Shown here: piece by piece, positions 32,597 through 44,198 of the stretch
Layout of the letters: every line of letters begins with the position of its first letter
Position numbering within the stretch: position 1 is the stretch's first letter
Assembly (NCBI GenBank): GCA_963760795.1
Contig: CAVXEP010000015.1
Span: 1 to 64,000 of the forward strand
Direction: 5' to 3'
DNA: 64,000 nt
DNA from: an uncultured delta proteobacterium
GTDB lineage: Bacteria; Desulfobacterota; Binatia; UBA9968
Program-made: the position numbers and the translations under genes
Notes under the pieces: generated by a model
The model's input: the letters and a program-made list of their open reading frames with translations, nothing else
What the model was told of the DNA's origin: nothing
Databases searched by the model: none

Positions 32597-33597
32597 GCCA
32601 CTTCCGCCACATGGGTGATCAATTCAGCCAAGATTTTTTCCGAACTGACGCCGTCGGCGTCGGCTTCCAAGTTGAGAATCAAGCGATGGCGCAAACTCGG
32701 CAGCAACATGGCGCGAATGTCTTCGAAAGAGACATTGGGCCGGCCGGCGAACAGCGCCCGCGCCTTGGCAGCGAGAATGACGCTTTGTAAACCGCGCGGG
32801 CTCGATCCATACATGACGTAGCGCTGGGCCAAAGATTCACCGCCGTTTTTCTCTTGTTGAGCGTGGGTGCTCATGATCAGGCGCACCGCGTAGTCCTTGA
32901 CGACATCGGCGAGCGGCACTTCGCGCACCCACTGGCGCAATTGCAGAATCCCATCGGCGTCGAGTATTTCCCGCAGCGGCGCCGGCGGCGCTGCCGTGGT
33001 CAGATCGGCGATGCGGGTTAACTCCGTATGGCTGGGATACTGCAAAATCAATTTGAAAAAGAACCGGTCCACCTGCGCCTCGGGCAGCGGATAGGTGCCT
33101 TCCATCTCGATGGGGTTTTGCGTGGCCAAGACCATGAAAGGATTCTCCAAGAGGTGCAGCTTGCCGCCGACGGTGACGCCTTGCTCCTGCATCGCTTCGA
33201 GCAACGCCGACTGAGTTTTGGGCGTCGCCCGGTTGATCTCGTCGGCGAGCACCACATGGGCGAATACCGGACCGCGCTGAAACTCAAAAAGCTTTCGTCC
33301 CGACGGATCGTCGGTCAGCATGTTGGTGCCGGTGATATCCGCCGGCATGAGGTCGGGCGTAAACTGAATGCGCGAAAAACTCAAGCTCAGAATCTCGCCC
33401 AAGCTGCGCACCATCAGCGTCTTGCCCAGACCCGGCACGCCTTCGAGCAGGCAGTGGCCACCGCACACCAGCGCGACAAACACCTGCTCGATCAATTCCT
33501 CATGGCCGACGATGACCCGGGCAATCTCCGCCTTGACCTCGGCGAAAGTGCGCCGCGCACTGTCGATGCGTCGTTCGATATCCCCAAGCGATTCCAT
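32593..33597 (-). CDS. moxR: MoxR family AAA+ ATPase
   Basis: GVPGLGKT, RIQFTPDLMPADITG, DEINRATPKTQSALLEAM, ATQNPIEMEGTYPLPEAQ. Confidence 0.96.
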   Translation of the reverse strand: MESLGDIERRIDSARRTFAEVKAEIARVIVGHEELIEQVFVALVCGGHCLLEGVPGLGKTLMVRSLGEILSLSFSRIQFTPDLMPADITGTNMLTDDPSGRKLFEFQRGPVFAHVVLADEINRATPKTQSALLEAMQEQGVTVGGKLHLLENPFMVLATQNPIEMEGTYPLPEAQVDRFFFKLILQYPSHTELTRIADLTTAAPPAPLREILDADGILQLRQWVREVPLADVVKDYAVRLIMSTHAQQEKNGGESLAQRYVMYGSSPRGLQSVILAAKARALFAGRPNVSFEDIRAMLLPSLRHRLILNLEADADGVSSEKILAELITHVAEVA

Positions 33598-33714
33598 GAA
33601 CGGCTCTCCTCAGCTGTGAATTGCACTGATGGTGTACTGGAGTGGTGCAGTCATCGATCCGAAAACAATACTCCTGTATTCCATAACTCCATTACTCGAT
33701 TTCCACGCTCGCGC

Positions 33715-35130
33715 CTATCTTGTACCGTCCTCCAACGACAGAAAATATTTTCGCACCGTCTCTTTGAGCGCCGACGGCACCTTTTCCGAATTGAGTTCCT
33801 GCTCCGCCTGGCGCCGGTAGTTGGCGACTACTTCTTGCGGCGCGAGTTCGCTTTTCCCCGGTGTCGGCTTGCCTTTGAACACCACGCCGCTGCTCTCGCC
33901 ATCGCCCAACTGTCCTTGGATCTGAGAGCGCGTGTCGGCGCGAAACTGCGGCAGCGATCTGAGACTGTCGTCGTTTTTCCCCGGTTCTTTGCCGGGTAGG
34001 TTGCTGTGATTTTTTTCGCGCACGCCGTCGCCGGCTTCATCGCGCTCGCCGCGGCCGGCCATTTGCGCGGCCTGGTTATTCTCCTTGCCTTGGCCCTGCT
34101 GCATCATCTGTTCAAGAAACTTTTGCGCGTCGATGAGTGCGCGCCGGTCCAAGGCGCCGGTCACCTGTTGATCGAGACGGTCGAGCAGCGACTGCAACTC
34201 CTGCTGTCCCAGCCCCTTGCCGTCTTCGCGCTGTTGGCGCGCACGGTCGAGCTGTTTGCGCAGCTGCGGCATCGAAGCCAATCGGTCCATCCACTGCTGC
34301 GGCGCTTTGACGCCGTCGGGAAGGTTCAGCATGTCGCGCGCCGCCTCGAGCTCGGCTCTTAAATCCTTGAGACTTTGCTCGCTCTCGGCGCCGCCGACCG
34401 CTTGGTTTTGCTGCCCGGACTGGCCCGCCGCGTCGAGCTTTTGCTTCATGCCGGCCAAATCTTTCTTGAGCTGTTCGTCGTTGGCTTTCTCGGCGAGGTT
34501 TTTCTCCGCGACCTTTGCCAACTCTTGAGCGAGCTGCAAACTTTCGCGCAGCCCTTCGGCTTTAGCTTTTTCTTGAAAGTCGCGGGCGAACTCGCGCAGC
34601 TGCTGCGCCAAGCTTTGCGCCACAGCCGACGGCTGCTGAGAGAACGGCTGATCGAAGTCAAACCACAGCAGCGCGAACCAGACCAGCAACAGCGGCACAG
34701 CGGTATAAGCCGGCCAGCCTAACCGCCGCGGGAACAGGCTGCGCGGTTGCACCGAGCGCAAGCGGTGTTCGGTTTGTTGGAAAACCAGCTGCGCCGCGGC
34801 GCTCCGGTCGCCGCGCCCAGCCAGCTCCCACGCCGTCACCGCGCGCTCGTCCAAGCCGAGCTTGCGGTCTAGTTCGACCAGTGCCCGGGTCGCATCGATC
34901 CCGCGCCAGCGCCGGTAATAGAAAAACAGCGGGGCTAATCCAGTCAGCAACACAAAGGGAACAATCCAGCGCAGCCCGCGCAATGGTAAAAAAATATGCA
35001 GCGGTGACAACAGAACCGCCAAGCCCAGGGCGACGCCAGCCGCGAGGAAGAGTATCTGCTCGCGCCGCTTTTGCCGTTCCCAGCGCAACAGCTCGGCGAA
35101 TTTTCGCTCAACTAAAGTCGCATCCGCCAT
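33715..35130 (-). CDS. Membrane-anchored coiled-coil hypothetical protein of the MoxR operon
   Basis: Three TM segments, Q/E-rich coil, C-terminal VPSALKETVRKYF. Confidence 0.8.
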   Translation of the reverse strand: MADATLVERKFAELLRWERQKRREQILFLAAGVALGLAVLLSPLHIFLPLRGLRWIVPFVLLTGLAPLFFYYRRWRGIDATRALVELDRKLGLDERAVTAWELAGRGDRSAAAQLVFQQTEHRLRSVQPRSLFPRRLGWPAYTAVPLLLVWFALLWFDFDQPFSQQPSAVAQSLAQQLREFARDFQEKAKAEGLRESLQLAQELAKVAEKNLAEKANDEQLKKDLAGMKQKLDAAGQSGQQNQAVGGAESEQSLKDLRAELEAARDMLNLPDGVKAPQQWMDRLASMPQLRKQLDRARQQREDGKGLGQQELQSLLDRLDQQVTGALDRRALIDAQKFLEQMMQQGQGKENNQAAQMAGRGERDEAGDGVREKNHSNLPGKEPGKNDDSLRSLPQFRADTRSQIQGQLGDGESSGVVFKGKPTPGKSELAPQEVVANYRRQAEQELNSEKVPSALKETVRKYFLSLEDGTR

Positions 35131-35876
35131 CACCCGGCCAGTTCCTTTCTCAGCGCCCAACGGTGCAGCCGATAACCCGCGCCTCCGAGGAGCAGATGAA
35201 AGCCGAAATGAACCCAGCTCGCCGGCAACTGCCAGCCGAAAATCGCCAAGGGCGCCAACTCTTGGCGGCCGAGAAAGGCGACGAGAAACATTACCGGATT
35301 AATCGTGCCATAAAACAACGCGGTTATAATGACCAAGACTGCGAACAGGCAACGAACGAACACCTGGCGGTTCTCCAGCCGCCGCTCCCACAGTGCTAGA
35401 GCCACCAGGCCCCAAACACCATAGCTGAGGGCGTAGAACAAGAGCAGCAGCATGGTGCCGGCGATGCTGGCGAGCGGCGTGCGCGCGATCGCGCCGGCCC
35501 AGGCTAACAACGGCACAAGCAGCAGCACCGAGATAATCACATGGGTGATGAGAAAGTCCCGTTGGCCGCGACCGATCGCTTCAACCGATTGTCCCTCGTC
35601 GCGAATCCATAGACGCAGCGGTTTGAAGCGCCAGGGCGCGAACTCCTGATTGGCCACGCGCAGGGCAAAATAAATCAGCAGAAACTGCGCCGTCACGGCG
35701 CAGACTTTGAACAAGCTCGCCGAGCCGCTCCACATCTGCGCGTCGAGGGACGGAATGTACAACGAGAAAAACTCCACCGGCGCGAGGATGATGAGAAGAT
35801 AAAAATAGACCTGGAAACCATGCCCCTCGGCGAAGTAAATCGCGACGCTCTCGCGCCAGATTGGATTACGGGTCAT
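35130..35876 (-). CDS. Multi-pass membrane protein (ABC-2 permease-like)
   Basis: About 6 TM helices, N-terminal NPIWRE, coupled to its neighbours. Confidence 0.75.
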   Translation of the reverse strand: MTRNPIWRESVAIYFAEGHGFQVYFYLLIILAPVEFFSLYIPSLDAQMWSGSASLFKVCAVTAQFLLIYFALRVANQEFAPWRFKPLRLWIRDEGQSVEAIGRGQRDFLITHVIISVLLLVPLLAWAGAIARTPLASIAGTMLLLLFYALSYGVWGLVALALWERRLENRQVFVRCLFAVLVIITALFYGTINPVMFLVAFLGRQELAPLAIFGWQLPASWVHFGFHLLLGGAGYRLHRWALRKELAG

Positions 35877-37897
35877 TCTTCCTCCCCGCGCGAAAGCGGG
35901 ATGATGGCGCGAAACAGCGCGTAGTCCTGGACTTGAATGCGCGGGTCATTGACCTGCACCCGCGGCGCCGGATCTTTTACCCAAGCGAAGAACACCGCCG
36001 CGCCGCTGCTCCAGCGGCTATCGCCGTCGCGCGGAAAAAACGACGAATGAAACAAAATGTCGCGGGTCTTGTTGGCAAAACTCACTTCGCGCAAGTTGAC
36101 ACTCTCCGCGCGGCCCGCCGCGCCGTTACTGCCCGCCGGCGGCGCCAAAGAAAATTCTTTGTCCAACCCCGCGCCGCGGCGGATCTCGCCCAACGGGTGG
36201 CGCTGCCCCGGCAAGAGTAGCGTGCAGTCGAGCAAATCCTTGCCGCTCTGGTTGTCGATTTTCATGGTCAACTTATCGCCTTGAACGTTGAACTCCGCGC
36301 GCAATCGGAAGCTGTCGACGTAGCGCAGGCGAAACAAGCGGTAGTCCCACTCGCGCAACGGTATTTGGAAGCGGCTCACGCCGCCGCCCTCTTGGCTCAA
36401 GACCGCCGCTTCCTGCGGCCCGCGCGGCCGGTTCGAGAGCGGCGTAAACTCCATCCAGCCACGTTCCATTTGCAGGTTATACTGGCGCGGCTGGGTGGAA
36501 AACAACGCCAGATTAGCCTGGGCGTCGAGGAAGCCGTCGGCGCCGCTCTCCAACACCGTCGACGACAACAAGACACCGTCCGGGATATGACCGCCGCGGC
36601 TAAAATAAACATAGCCCGCGGCGCTACCCACCGTCACCAACAAGAGCAGGGAAATCATTGCCTGCATCGTCGCCAACCGGCCGCGCTGCCATACCCAGCT
36701 GAGCAATCCGATCGCCAGGAGATAAACCACGATGACGAGAAACAGCGAACCATAGGGCACATAGGTCGAAATGAACGTTGGGCTAGTGATCAGCTGCGTA
36801 AAGATCGTGTCATTCCACTCCGCCCGCGCCACCGGCTCCTCGACAGCGCCCGCAGCCAGTAAAGTTTGCAAATATTTCGCCAAGCCCGGCCACTGCGACA
36901 ACGGCGGCCGGCCGATATCGAGTGACAGATAGATAATCTTACCGCGGCCGCGTGCTGCTTCGACCAGCACCGGCACGCCCTGGGACTGCGCCAGCACTTG
37001 GCCCTTGAGTGGCGCCGACACCTGCGCCCAAACATCGGCGATGGTCACGACTTTCTCGTCTTTGCCATGGGCGGGTGTGAAGGCGATGCGCCGGGTGCCG
37101 CTGACCCGCACCGGCAGGAAGCGGCCGATCACCGGCTCCTGGTAGAGCGCATAGTTGAGACTGCCGATGATGACCATCCTGCCGCCCGCGCTAAGCCAGG
37201 TGTCGAGGGCGAGCAACTGCGGCCGCGACAGATCGCGCAGCGATTGATCGTAGAGAATCACATGGGACACGCCGAGCAGCGCCCGCGCATCGGCGGCGAG
37301 TTCGCTTAGGGAAAGCGCAACTAGCCGGCTCTGCGCCGTCGGCCCGAGAGCGATGGGCGGCAGCGAGCCGCTATCGTTGACCAACAACAGCACCGGCGCC
37401 GGCGAAAAATTGCGGCGTAGATCGATCTCGCGCGCCGCACTAACACTAGCGCTGGAAAATGAAATGGTCAGCGGCCGGCTGATGAAATCCGGATCGACGG
37501 TAAATTGAAGCGTCTTGCGCGACTGCGCGGCGAGAAACACTTCGCGCCGGTACTTGACTGGATAAGGAGTGCCGCCCTTAGTCGCGCCGCCCTTCCAGAC
37601 CTGCACGTCAATTGTGCCTTCAGCCGGGCGGCCGGAGTTGCTGAGCTCGACTTCTAACGGAAAGGGCCGTCCCAGTTGAAACACGCCGTGGAAGCCGACC
37701 CGCGCGTCGATGGCAATTTCCGCACCGGCCGGAACCGCCATTAGCGCTAAACACAGCAAGACGAAAATCGCCGGCGCTGCGCTAGACCATGCGCCGCGCA
37801 GAATCCGCTCTTGGAAAAAAAGCAGGAGGGAAAGCCACGCGGTGGAACACCGCGGTGAAATTCTATTCGGAGCAGCCTGTGCGGCTGAAAAGGGCAT
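35873..37897 (-). CDS. Membrane protein with a class I GATase-like periplasmic domain (start uncertain)
   Basis: Signal/TM segment, LDTWLSAGGRMVIIGS, GRGKIIYL, two internal TM helices. Confidence 0.8.
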   Translation of the reverse strand: MPFSAAQAAPNRISPRCSTAWLSLLLFFQERILRGAWSSAAPAIFVLLCLALMAVPAGAEIAIDARVGFHGVFQLGRPFPLEVELSNSGRPAEGTIDVQVWKGGATKGGTPYPVKYRREVFLAAQSRKTLQFTVDPDFISRPLTISFSSASVSAAREIDLRRNFSPAPVLLLVNDSGSLPPIALGPTAQSRLVALSLSELAADARALLGVSHVILYDQSLRDLSRPQLLALDTWLSAGGRMVIIGSLNYALYQEPVIGRFLPVRVSGTRRIAFTPAHGKDEKVVTIADVWAQVSAPLKGQVLAQSQGVPVLVEAARGRGKIIYLSLDIGRPPLSQWPGLAKYLQTLLAAGAVEEPVARAEWNDTIFTQLITSPTFISTYVPYGSLFLVIVVYLLAIGLLSWVWQRGRLATMQAMISLLLLVTVGSAAGYVYFSRGGHIPDGVLLSSTVLESGADGFLDAQANLALFSTQPRQYNLQMERGWMEFTPLSNRPRGPQEAAVLSQEGGGVSRFQIPLREWDYRLFRLRYVDSFRLRAEFNVQGDKLTMKIDNQSGKDLLDCTLLLPGQRHPLGEIRRGAGLDKEFSLAPPAGSNGAAGRAESVNLREVSFANKTRDILFHSSFFPRDGDSRWSSGAAVFFAWVKDPAPRVQVNDPRIQVQDYALFRAIIPLSRGEEE

Positions 37898-37938
37898 CGT
37901 TCCCTTCCAGGCAGGCCCGCCCCACCGCCACCGGCGAT

Positions 37939-38421
37939 CTAGATGATAAATTCGACGCCGAGAATATCGAACCTGCGAACGCCCGTGGGAGTGCGGACCT
38001 GAACTTCGTCCCCCTCGCTCTTGCCGATCAAAGCGCGCGCGATGGGAGAACTTACCGAGATCTTACCGTTCTTCGGCTCCGCCTCGTGATCGCCGACGAT
38101 TTTGTATACCACCTTGTCCCCGGTATCGCTATCCGCCAAACTGACCGTCGCGCCGAAGAGAACTTTATCCCCGGACAATTTAGAAACATCGATGACCTGG
38201 GCGCGGGCGATCTTATCTTCCATCTCGCGAATCTGGAAATCGAGCAAGGACTGGCGCTCCTTGGCGGCGTGAAACTCGGCGTTTTCCGAGAGATCGCCGT
38301 GATCGCGCGCCTCCTCGATGTCACGGATGTTCTTCGGCCGCTCGACGCTCTTCAGGCGCTTGAGCTCCTCCATCAAAAACTGGAACCCCTTGCTGGTCAT
38401 CGGGACGCTTGCATCTGCCAT
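37939..38421 (-). CDS. greA: Transcription elongation factor GreA
   Basis: EARDHGDLSENAEFHAAKE, ISVSSPIARALIGK. Confidence 0.98.
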   Translation of the reverse strand: MADASVPMTSKGFQFLMEELKRLKSVERPKNIRDIEEARDHGDLSENAEFHAAKERQSLLDFQIREMEDKIARAQVIDVSKLSGDKVLFGATVSLADSDTGDKVVYKIVGDHEAEPKNGKISVSSPIARALIGKSEGDEVQVRTPTGVRRFDILGVEFII

Positions 38422-38443
38422 ACCGTCAACTCCTAGACAAAAT

Positions 38444-38472
38444 AAAAACCCCTCGGAATCTCTCCCGAGAGG
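38444..38472 (-). terminator. Intrinsic terminator in the greA leader
   Basis: Minus strand CCTCTCGGGA-GAGA-TTCCGAGGGG-TTTTT, just upstream of the greA RBS. Confidence 0.8.
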
Positions 38473-38519
38473 CCTTGAATAAAATCTTAGATTTTCCCCA
38501 GCTGCTAAATCTGCAAGCT

Positions 38520-38547
38520 ATTTTACCATCGACGACGGCTAAATCAA
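38520..38547 (-). promoter_or_regulatory. Putative sigma70 promoter for greA
   Basis: TTGATT-N16-TAAAAT with an extended -10 TG. Confidence 0.55.
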
Positions 38548-38577
38548 CCGGCCTTATTGTCAGTCCACAGCCACCAG

Positions 38578-41500
38578 CTATTTTACCGTAAACGCGCGGC
38601 TGCGAGCGTTATTGCCTTCGTCGGATTCGACGACATTGGCATCGCCATCGGCCAGACCAATCACGAAGTAGCGGCCCGGCGCAGTTGCCAGTGGAATCGT
38701 CACGGTGGTTGACGCCGCGCTTGTGGCACGCGCTCCCAGCGCCGGCACCACGCGGCTACCGAGCAGGACATCGCCGCCGTCAAATAGCTTGTCCGTCGAC
38801 AGATAAAACTTCGTGGTGCTGGCGCCACCATCGACCAGGTCGTCGTTTCGAGTGGTATCTTGAATCGCCAGGTTTGCTCCCGCGATTACGGAAGCGGGAC
38901 TGCGCAGCGAGGAAACGCTGAGATCCGGTCGCGTTACTGTTATCCTGCGGCTTCTTAGGTTGCGCTCGTTGGTTTCCACAACCGCCGTGTCATCGTCGGC
39001 CGCGGCGATGATAAAATACCTGCCCAGCGCCGTGCCTCCCGGTATCGTGACTGAGGTTACCGCTGTGCTGCTCTGTTTCATCGCCAACGCAGGCACCACC
39101 CTGGTATTGAGACTAGTGTCGCCGGCGTCCTTTTTACCATCGCTGGAGAGATAAAACCGCGTGACCGTGGCACTGGTGGCGTCAACCGAGCCTGAATTCT
39201 GAGTGGTATCCTGTATATCGATCGTCGCACCCGGTAATACCGCCGATGGCGCGGTCAATGCTCGCACCGTCAGATTAGCAAAGGTCGCAACCGTCAGTTC
39301 CTCGTCGCGGTTGTTCCTTGTGTTAATCTCGCCGTCGTCGGCATCCACAGTAACGACATTGCTCAACGTTCCCTTGGCCGTAGTCATGCCCACGACGACT
39401 ACCGTCCCGCTAGCTCCGTCCGCCAGGTTACCCAGAGCACAGGTAACCGTAGTCGTCCCGTTACAGGTCCCACTGCTGGGAGTCGCGGAAACCAACGTCA
39501 CGGTTGCCGGCAATAGGTCGGTCAACACCACATTGGCCGCGCTATCCGGCCCGTTGTTGGTGACCGTCACCGTATAGGTGACATTATCGCCGACTCTGAC
39601 TGGGTCGGGGGAGTCCACCTGGGTGAGCTGGAGATCGTGGCAAACCGTCACGCAGATTTTTATCACGAAAGCATCGACTCCGCCGTTTCGACTATTATCA
39701 ATGGTCGCCAGTGAATTGATTACAACATCGGCGGGGAAAGAGACAGAATTCGCGTCGGTCTCCCCGGTGATGTAAATATCGCCGTTGTCGTCGACGGCGA
39801 TGCCTTTGCCGCGATCGATACCAGCGCCGCCAATGTAACTAGCGTAGAGCAAAGCCGTTCCGGCCGCGTCCACTCCTGCGACAAAGACGTCGATAACGCC
39901 GTTGTGCGTATTGTCACTGGACGCAAGCGAACCGAAACCGTTGCCATTGGGAAACGTGACTTGGTTGGAATCGGTCTCACCGACGACATGGGCGATGCCG
40001 GCTGCAGTCCACGGCAACGCCGTTGGCCCGATCGGTTCCGCTTCCACCGACGTAACCCGCGTAAACGAGCGCCGTGCCGGAGGCGTTTACCTTCGCGACA
40101 AAGCCATCAATGCCGCCATTATGAGTTAAATCCGGACCGACGGTCACGGGAAACGACGCTTCGGTCGAATTGGTTTCACCGGTAACATAAGCCTCGCAGT
40201 TGAGCGCACACCCTGGCAGGATGGCGATACCTTTACCTTGATCATCACCGACACCGCCAAGAAAGCCTGCATAAACCAACGCCGTACCGGTCGGATTAAC
40301 TTTTGCCACAAACGCATCGACGCCACCATTCTGCACGTCATCGAGAGCTCCGGTGACCGGAAAGGTCGCTGCGCTGGAATTGGTATCGCCGGTTAGATAG
40401 GCCGCGGCCGCGCCATCCACAGCGATTCCGAAGACTTGATCGGCGCCGGATCCACCGATGTAACTGGCGTATTCCAGTGCTGTACCATTGGCCGCCACCC
40501 TGACAACAAAGCCATCGAGTATGCCGCTTTCGGTGCTATCGAAGGACGCCAGCACGCCAAAACCATCCCCGTCCGGGAACGAGGTACCCAGGGAGTTTGT
40601 CGCCCCGGCGACATAAGCCCGGTTCGAACTATCCACCGCGATGGCGTTGCCCTGATCGCTGCCGCTACCACCTATAAAGCCGGCGTAGGACAACGCGGTG
40701 CCGGAGGCATTCACCTTGGCGACAAACGCATCCGTCCCGCCATTCTGTGTTAGGTCAGGGCCAACGGTCACAGGGAAACTGCTCTGGGTGGAGGTCGTAT
40801 CGCCGGCGATGTAGGCATTCCCCACGCTATCCACGGCGATGGCTTTGCCCCGGTCGTTACCTGTGCCGCCGAGAAATCCCGCGTAGATCAGGGCCGTCCC
40901 CGCGGCGTTCACCTTGGCGACAAAAGCGTCCACCGTGCCGTTGAAGCTTTGGTCCGGACCCGTGACCTCGGGAAATGACGATTCGAGCGAATTGGTTTCG
41001 CCAGTGATGTAAGCATTGCCGTCACTGTCCACGGCAATCGCGTTACCGCGATCGTCGCCGCTGCCGCCAATAAATCCCGAGTAGACAAGTATCGCCGGAT
41101 CGATGATTAAGGGAATCGAGCGATCGTAGTCGGTGAGCTTAAAACCATACTGGTGCGATTCGCCAGCCGCGCTCGATTGCAATTCGTACGCGACGTCAAC
41201 ATCGGCAAGTTCCGAACTCCGCTCCTGGTACGCTGTCGGTTTGTCGTCATTGAGATCGCCCAAGGGCGTGCGCACGGTCAATTGACCGGCGCGGTTTATC
41301 GCGACGGAATCGGCGCCTCGGTAGCGCAGTTTGATGGCTGAGGGATCCGCCCCCGGCTTCACAACGAAGAGATATTTCAGCTGGTTGGCGACGCCGGTGA
41401 AAACCAGATCGATGCCGGGCCACAAATCGGCGTAGACCAACCGCGTAAAAGTTCTCACAGCCGGCTGCCATTCCTCCGGACGGCCCTTGAAATAACTGAT

Positions 41501-41953
41501 CAGCGCCGTCGACGGATTTTCGCCGTTGGGCCGGATTGCGGGATTGGCATCGACAAAATCGAGCTGCAGCGTCCAACGCGCCGTGGCAACGGGAGCAAGA
41601 TTATCGCTGGCACTGACAACCACGGGAACTGGTGACACGGCAGCTTGCTGCCGCTGACTGTGCAGAACTACGGTCAACCCGCCGGCCGTGAAATAAATGA
41701 CTTTGTCGCGTCCGTGAACATAGTACGCCGCCCGCCGATCGAGCTGACCTCGATTCTCAATAAAATAAAGCGGCAGATTGGCCACCAGTCGTTGAGCCAT
41801 CGTGGTTTTAGACAACCTCGTGGCCGCGGCAGCAGGTTCCGGCGTGGCCGCGCTGGCCGGCACCGCACTGCCAGGAAAAGCTATTGCCGAGAGGAGAAAG
41901 ACTCTTGTCAGCCCAGACCACTGTCTGAGATAACGCAAACTTGAGATCGCCAT
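38578..41953 (-). CDS. Secreted/surface protein with SBBP beta-propeller repeats, DUF11 and two CARDB-like domains (frameshift near 40007)
   Basis: Repeated DAFVAKVNASGTALxYAGFxGGxGxDxGxxIAVD; DSPDPVRVGDNVTYTVTVTNNGP; TxFYLS.D motifs; GGAGG RBS before ATG 41953. Confidence 0.88.
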
Positions 41954-42114
41954 AGCGTCAGACCCTCCAGCAATCTTCTCACCTACGCGCCACTGCTGGA
42001 CCCCGGCGACAGCAGCGATCAAAGCACCTATGCATCGGCTGTCGGTTCCCCGGCTGTGGTAAAAAAATGTCGGCAACCGAAACTTTTTCGAACACGAAAT
42101 AGCAGTGAAATGAC

Positions 42115-43092
42115 TCAGCGCCGCGCGCCCGGCCCAAACACATGGCAGGATACGCCATGGCCGTCAGCGCTAAACTCCAGCGGCGGCTCGATCTGGCTGC
42201 AGGCGGCTTCGCGGTAGGCGCAACGCGGATGGAAGGTGCAGCCGGACGGTGGATTGACCGGACTCGGCACATCGCCTTCGAGCACCACGCGTTCTTTTTT
42301 CTTGTTCATGTCGGGGATCGGCACGGCGGAAAGCAGCGCCCGGGTATAAGGATGCTTGGCGTCGCGGTAAATCGTGTCGCTCTTGGCGATCTCGACGACT
42401 TTGCCGAGATACATGATCGCTACTCGATGGCTGATATGTTCGACGACGCGCAGATCGTGGGAGATGAACAGATAAGTCAAATGCATCTTCTCTTGCAGTT
42501 CCTGCAACAGGTTGATGATCTGCGCCTGGATCGACACATCGAGAGACGACACCGGCTCGTCGCAGACGATAAATTTGGGACTGACCGCCAAGGCGCGGGC
42601 GATACCGATGCGCTGGCGCTGGCCGCCGCTGAACTCATGGGGATAGCGATCGAAGTGATCCTCGCGCAGACCGACCTGGTGGAGCAACTCCATCACCCGC
42701 TCGCGCTTGGCTTTGCCCTTGGCGAGCTTGTGAATCTCCAATCCCTCGCCGACGATGTCGCCGACGCGCATGCGCGGGTTGAGCGAGGCGTAGGGATCTT
42801 GAAAGATAATCTGCATCTCGCGCCGGGCGTCGCGCAGCTCGCGCTGCGACATGGACAGCAAATTCTTGCCGAGAAAATTGATTTCGCCAGCGGTCGGCTC
42901 GATCAAGCGCAGGATCGTCCGCCCTAGGGTCGACTTGCCGCAACCCGACTCGCCGACCAAGCCGAGCGTCTCGCCCTCTTCGATCGACAAATTGACGCCG
43001 TCAACCGCCTTGACGGCGCCCTTGCCGCGCGAGAATAGTCCTTCTCCGACCGGGAAGTGTTTTTTTAAGTTGCGAATTTCTAGCAAGCTCAT
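42115..43092 (-). CDS. oppF: Oligopeptide/dipeptide ABC ATPase (OppF/DppF)
   Basis: [28 protein letters not shown]. Confidence 0.93.
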   Translation of the reverse strand: MSLLEIRNLKKHFPVGEGLFSRGKGAVKAVDGVNLSIEEGETLGLVGESGCGKSTLGRTILRLIEPTAGEINFLGKNLLSMSQRELRDARREMQIIFQDPYASLNPRMRVGDIVGEGLEIHKLAKGKAKRERVMELLHQVGLREDHFDRYPHEFSGGQRQRIGIARALAVSPKFIVCDEPVSSLDVSIQAQIINLLQELQEKMHLTYLFISHDLRVVEHISHRVAIMYLGKVVEIAKSDTIYRDAKHPYTRALLSAVPIPDMNKKKERVVLEGDVPSPVNPPSGCTFHPRCAYREAACSQIEPPLEFSADGHGVSCHVFGPGARR

Positions 43093-43170
43093 CGGCAAAA
43101 ATCCCATGTCCAGGATAGTGGATCGAGGATCGAGGGTGGCAATCTTCTATCCTCCATCTGCCATCTTCGA

Positions 43171-44172
43171 TTAAACTTCCGCATTGACCCCCAACCTCGT
43201 CTCGGAATGCGGGAAATGACAAGCCACCGTATGCCCCGGCTCCTTCTCCACCAACTCGGGTTCGGTCTGGGCGCACAGATCGGCGGCCTTCGGGCAGCGA
43301 TCGCGAAAGCGGCAACCGCTCGGCAAATGGAGCGGGTTGGGCACCACACCGGGGATCGCGTCCAAGCGATGCCTTTTCGCGCCGCCGGTGCGCGGCAAGG
43401 AGTTGAGCAGGCCTACCGTATAAGGATGAAACGGCTTGGTGAAAATCTCCCGCGTATTCGAGCGCTCGACCATCTTGCCGGCGTACATGATCGCGACATC
43501 GTCGGCCTGCTCGGCGACCACGCCGAGATCATGGGTGATCAACAACAGAGCCATGCCGATCTTCTGCTGCAACTCTTTCATCAGATCGAGGATCTGGGCT
43601 TGAATCGTCACGTCGAGCGCGGTGGTCGGCTCATCGGCGATCAAGAGCGACGGATTGCACGACAGCGCCATGGCGATCATGACCCGTTGGCGCATGCCGC
43701 CGCTCAACTGATGGGGATAGGCATCGACGCGGGATTCAGGATCGGCGATCTTCACCAGCCGGAGCATTTCGATGGTTTTCGCTCGAGTCGCCTGCTTGTT
43801 CAGCCCTTGGTGCAGCTTGATCGCTTCGCCGATCTGATTGCCGACGGTAAAAACCGGATTGAGCGAGGTCATCGGCTCCTGGAAGATCATCGAGATCTCG
43901 TTGCCTCGGATCTTGCGCATCTCCTCGTTACCGAGCTTGAGCAGATCCTTGCCGCGGTAGACGATCTCGCCGCCGACAATTTTCCCCGGCGGCGACGGGA
44001 TCAGCCGCATGATCGACAACGAAGTGACGCTCTTGCCGCAGCCGGACTCGCCGACCAGCCCAAGAGTCTTGCTCTCGTCGATCTCGAAGCTAATGCCGTC
44101 GATGGCGCGTACTTCGCCTTCCGGTGTGAAGAAAGAAGTCTGGAGGTTTTTGACTTGGAGTAGGTCCGCCAT
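43171..44172 (-). CDS. oppD: Oligopeptide/dipeptide ABC ATPase (OppD/DppD)
   Basis: [30 protein letters not shown]. Confidence 0.93.
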   Translation of the reverse strand: MADLLQVKNLQTSFFTPEGEVRAIDGISFEIDESKTLGLVGESGCGKSVTSLSIMRLIPSPPGKIVGGEIVYRGKDLLKLGNEEMRKIRGNEISMIFQEPMTSLNPVFTVGNQIGEAIKLHQGLNKQATRAKTIEMLRLVKIADPESRVDAYPHQLSGGMRQRVMIAMALSCNPSLLIADEPTTALDVTIQAQILDLMKELQQKIGMALLLITHDLGVVAEQADDVAIMYAGKMVERSNTREIFTKPFHPYTVGLLNSLPRTGGAKRHRLDAIPGVVPNPLHLPSGCRFRDRCPKAADLCAQTEPELVEKEPGHTVACHFPHSETRLGVNAEV

Positions 44173-44198
44173 GGTGACAAAGTCGCGTTTGGGTTAAC

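Noticed and set aside
39800-41100. Periodic DNA similarity suggesting an array or CRISPR
   Set aside because: It is explained by SBBP protein repeats. There are no identical repeats with unique spacers and no cas genes.
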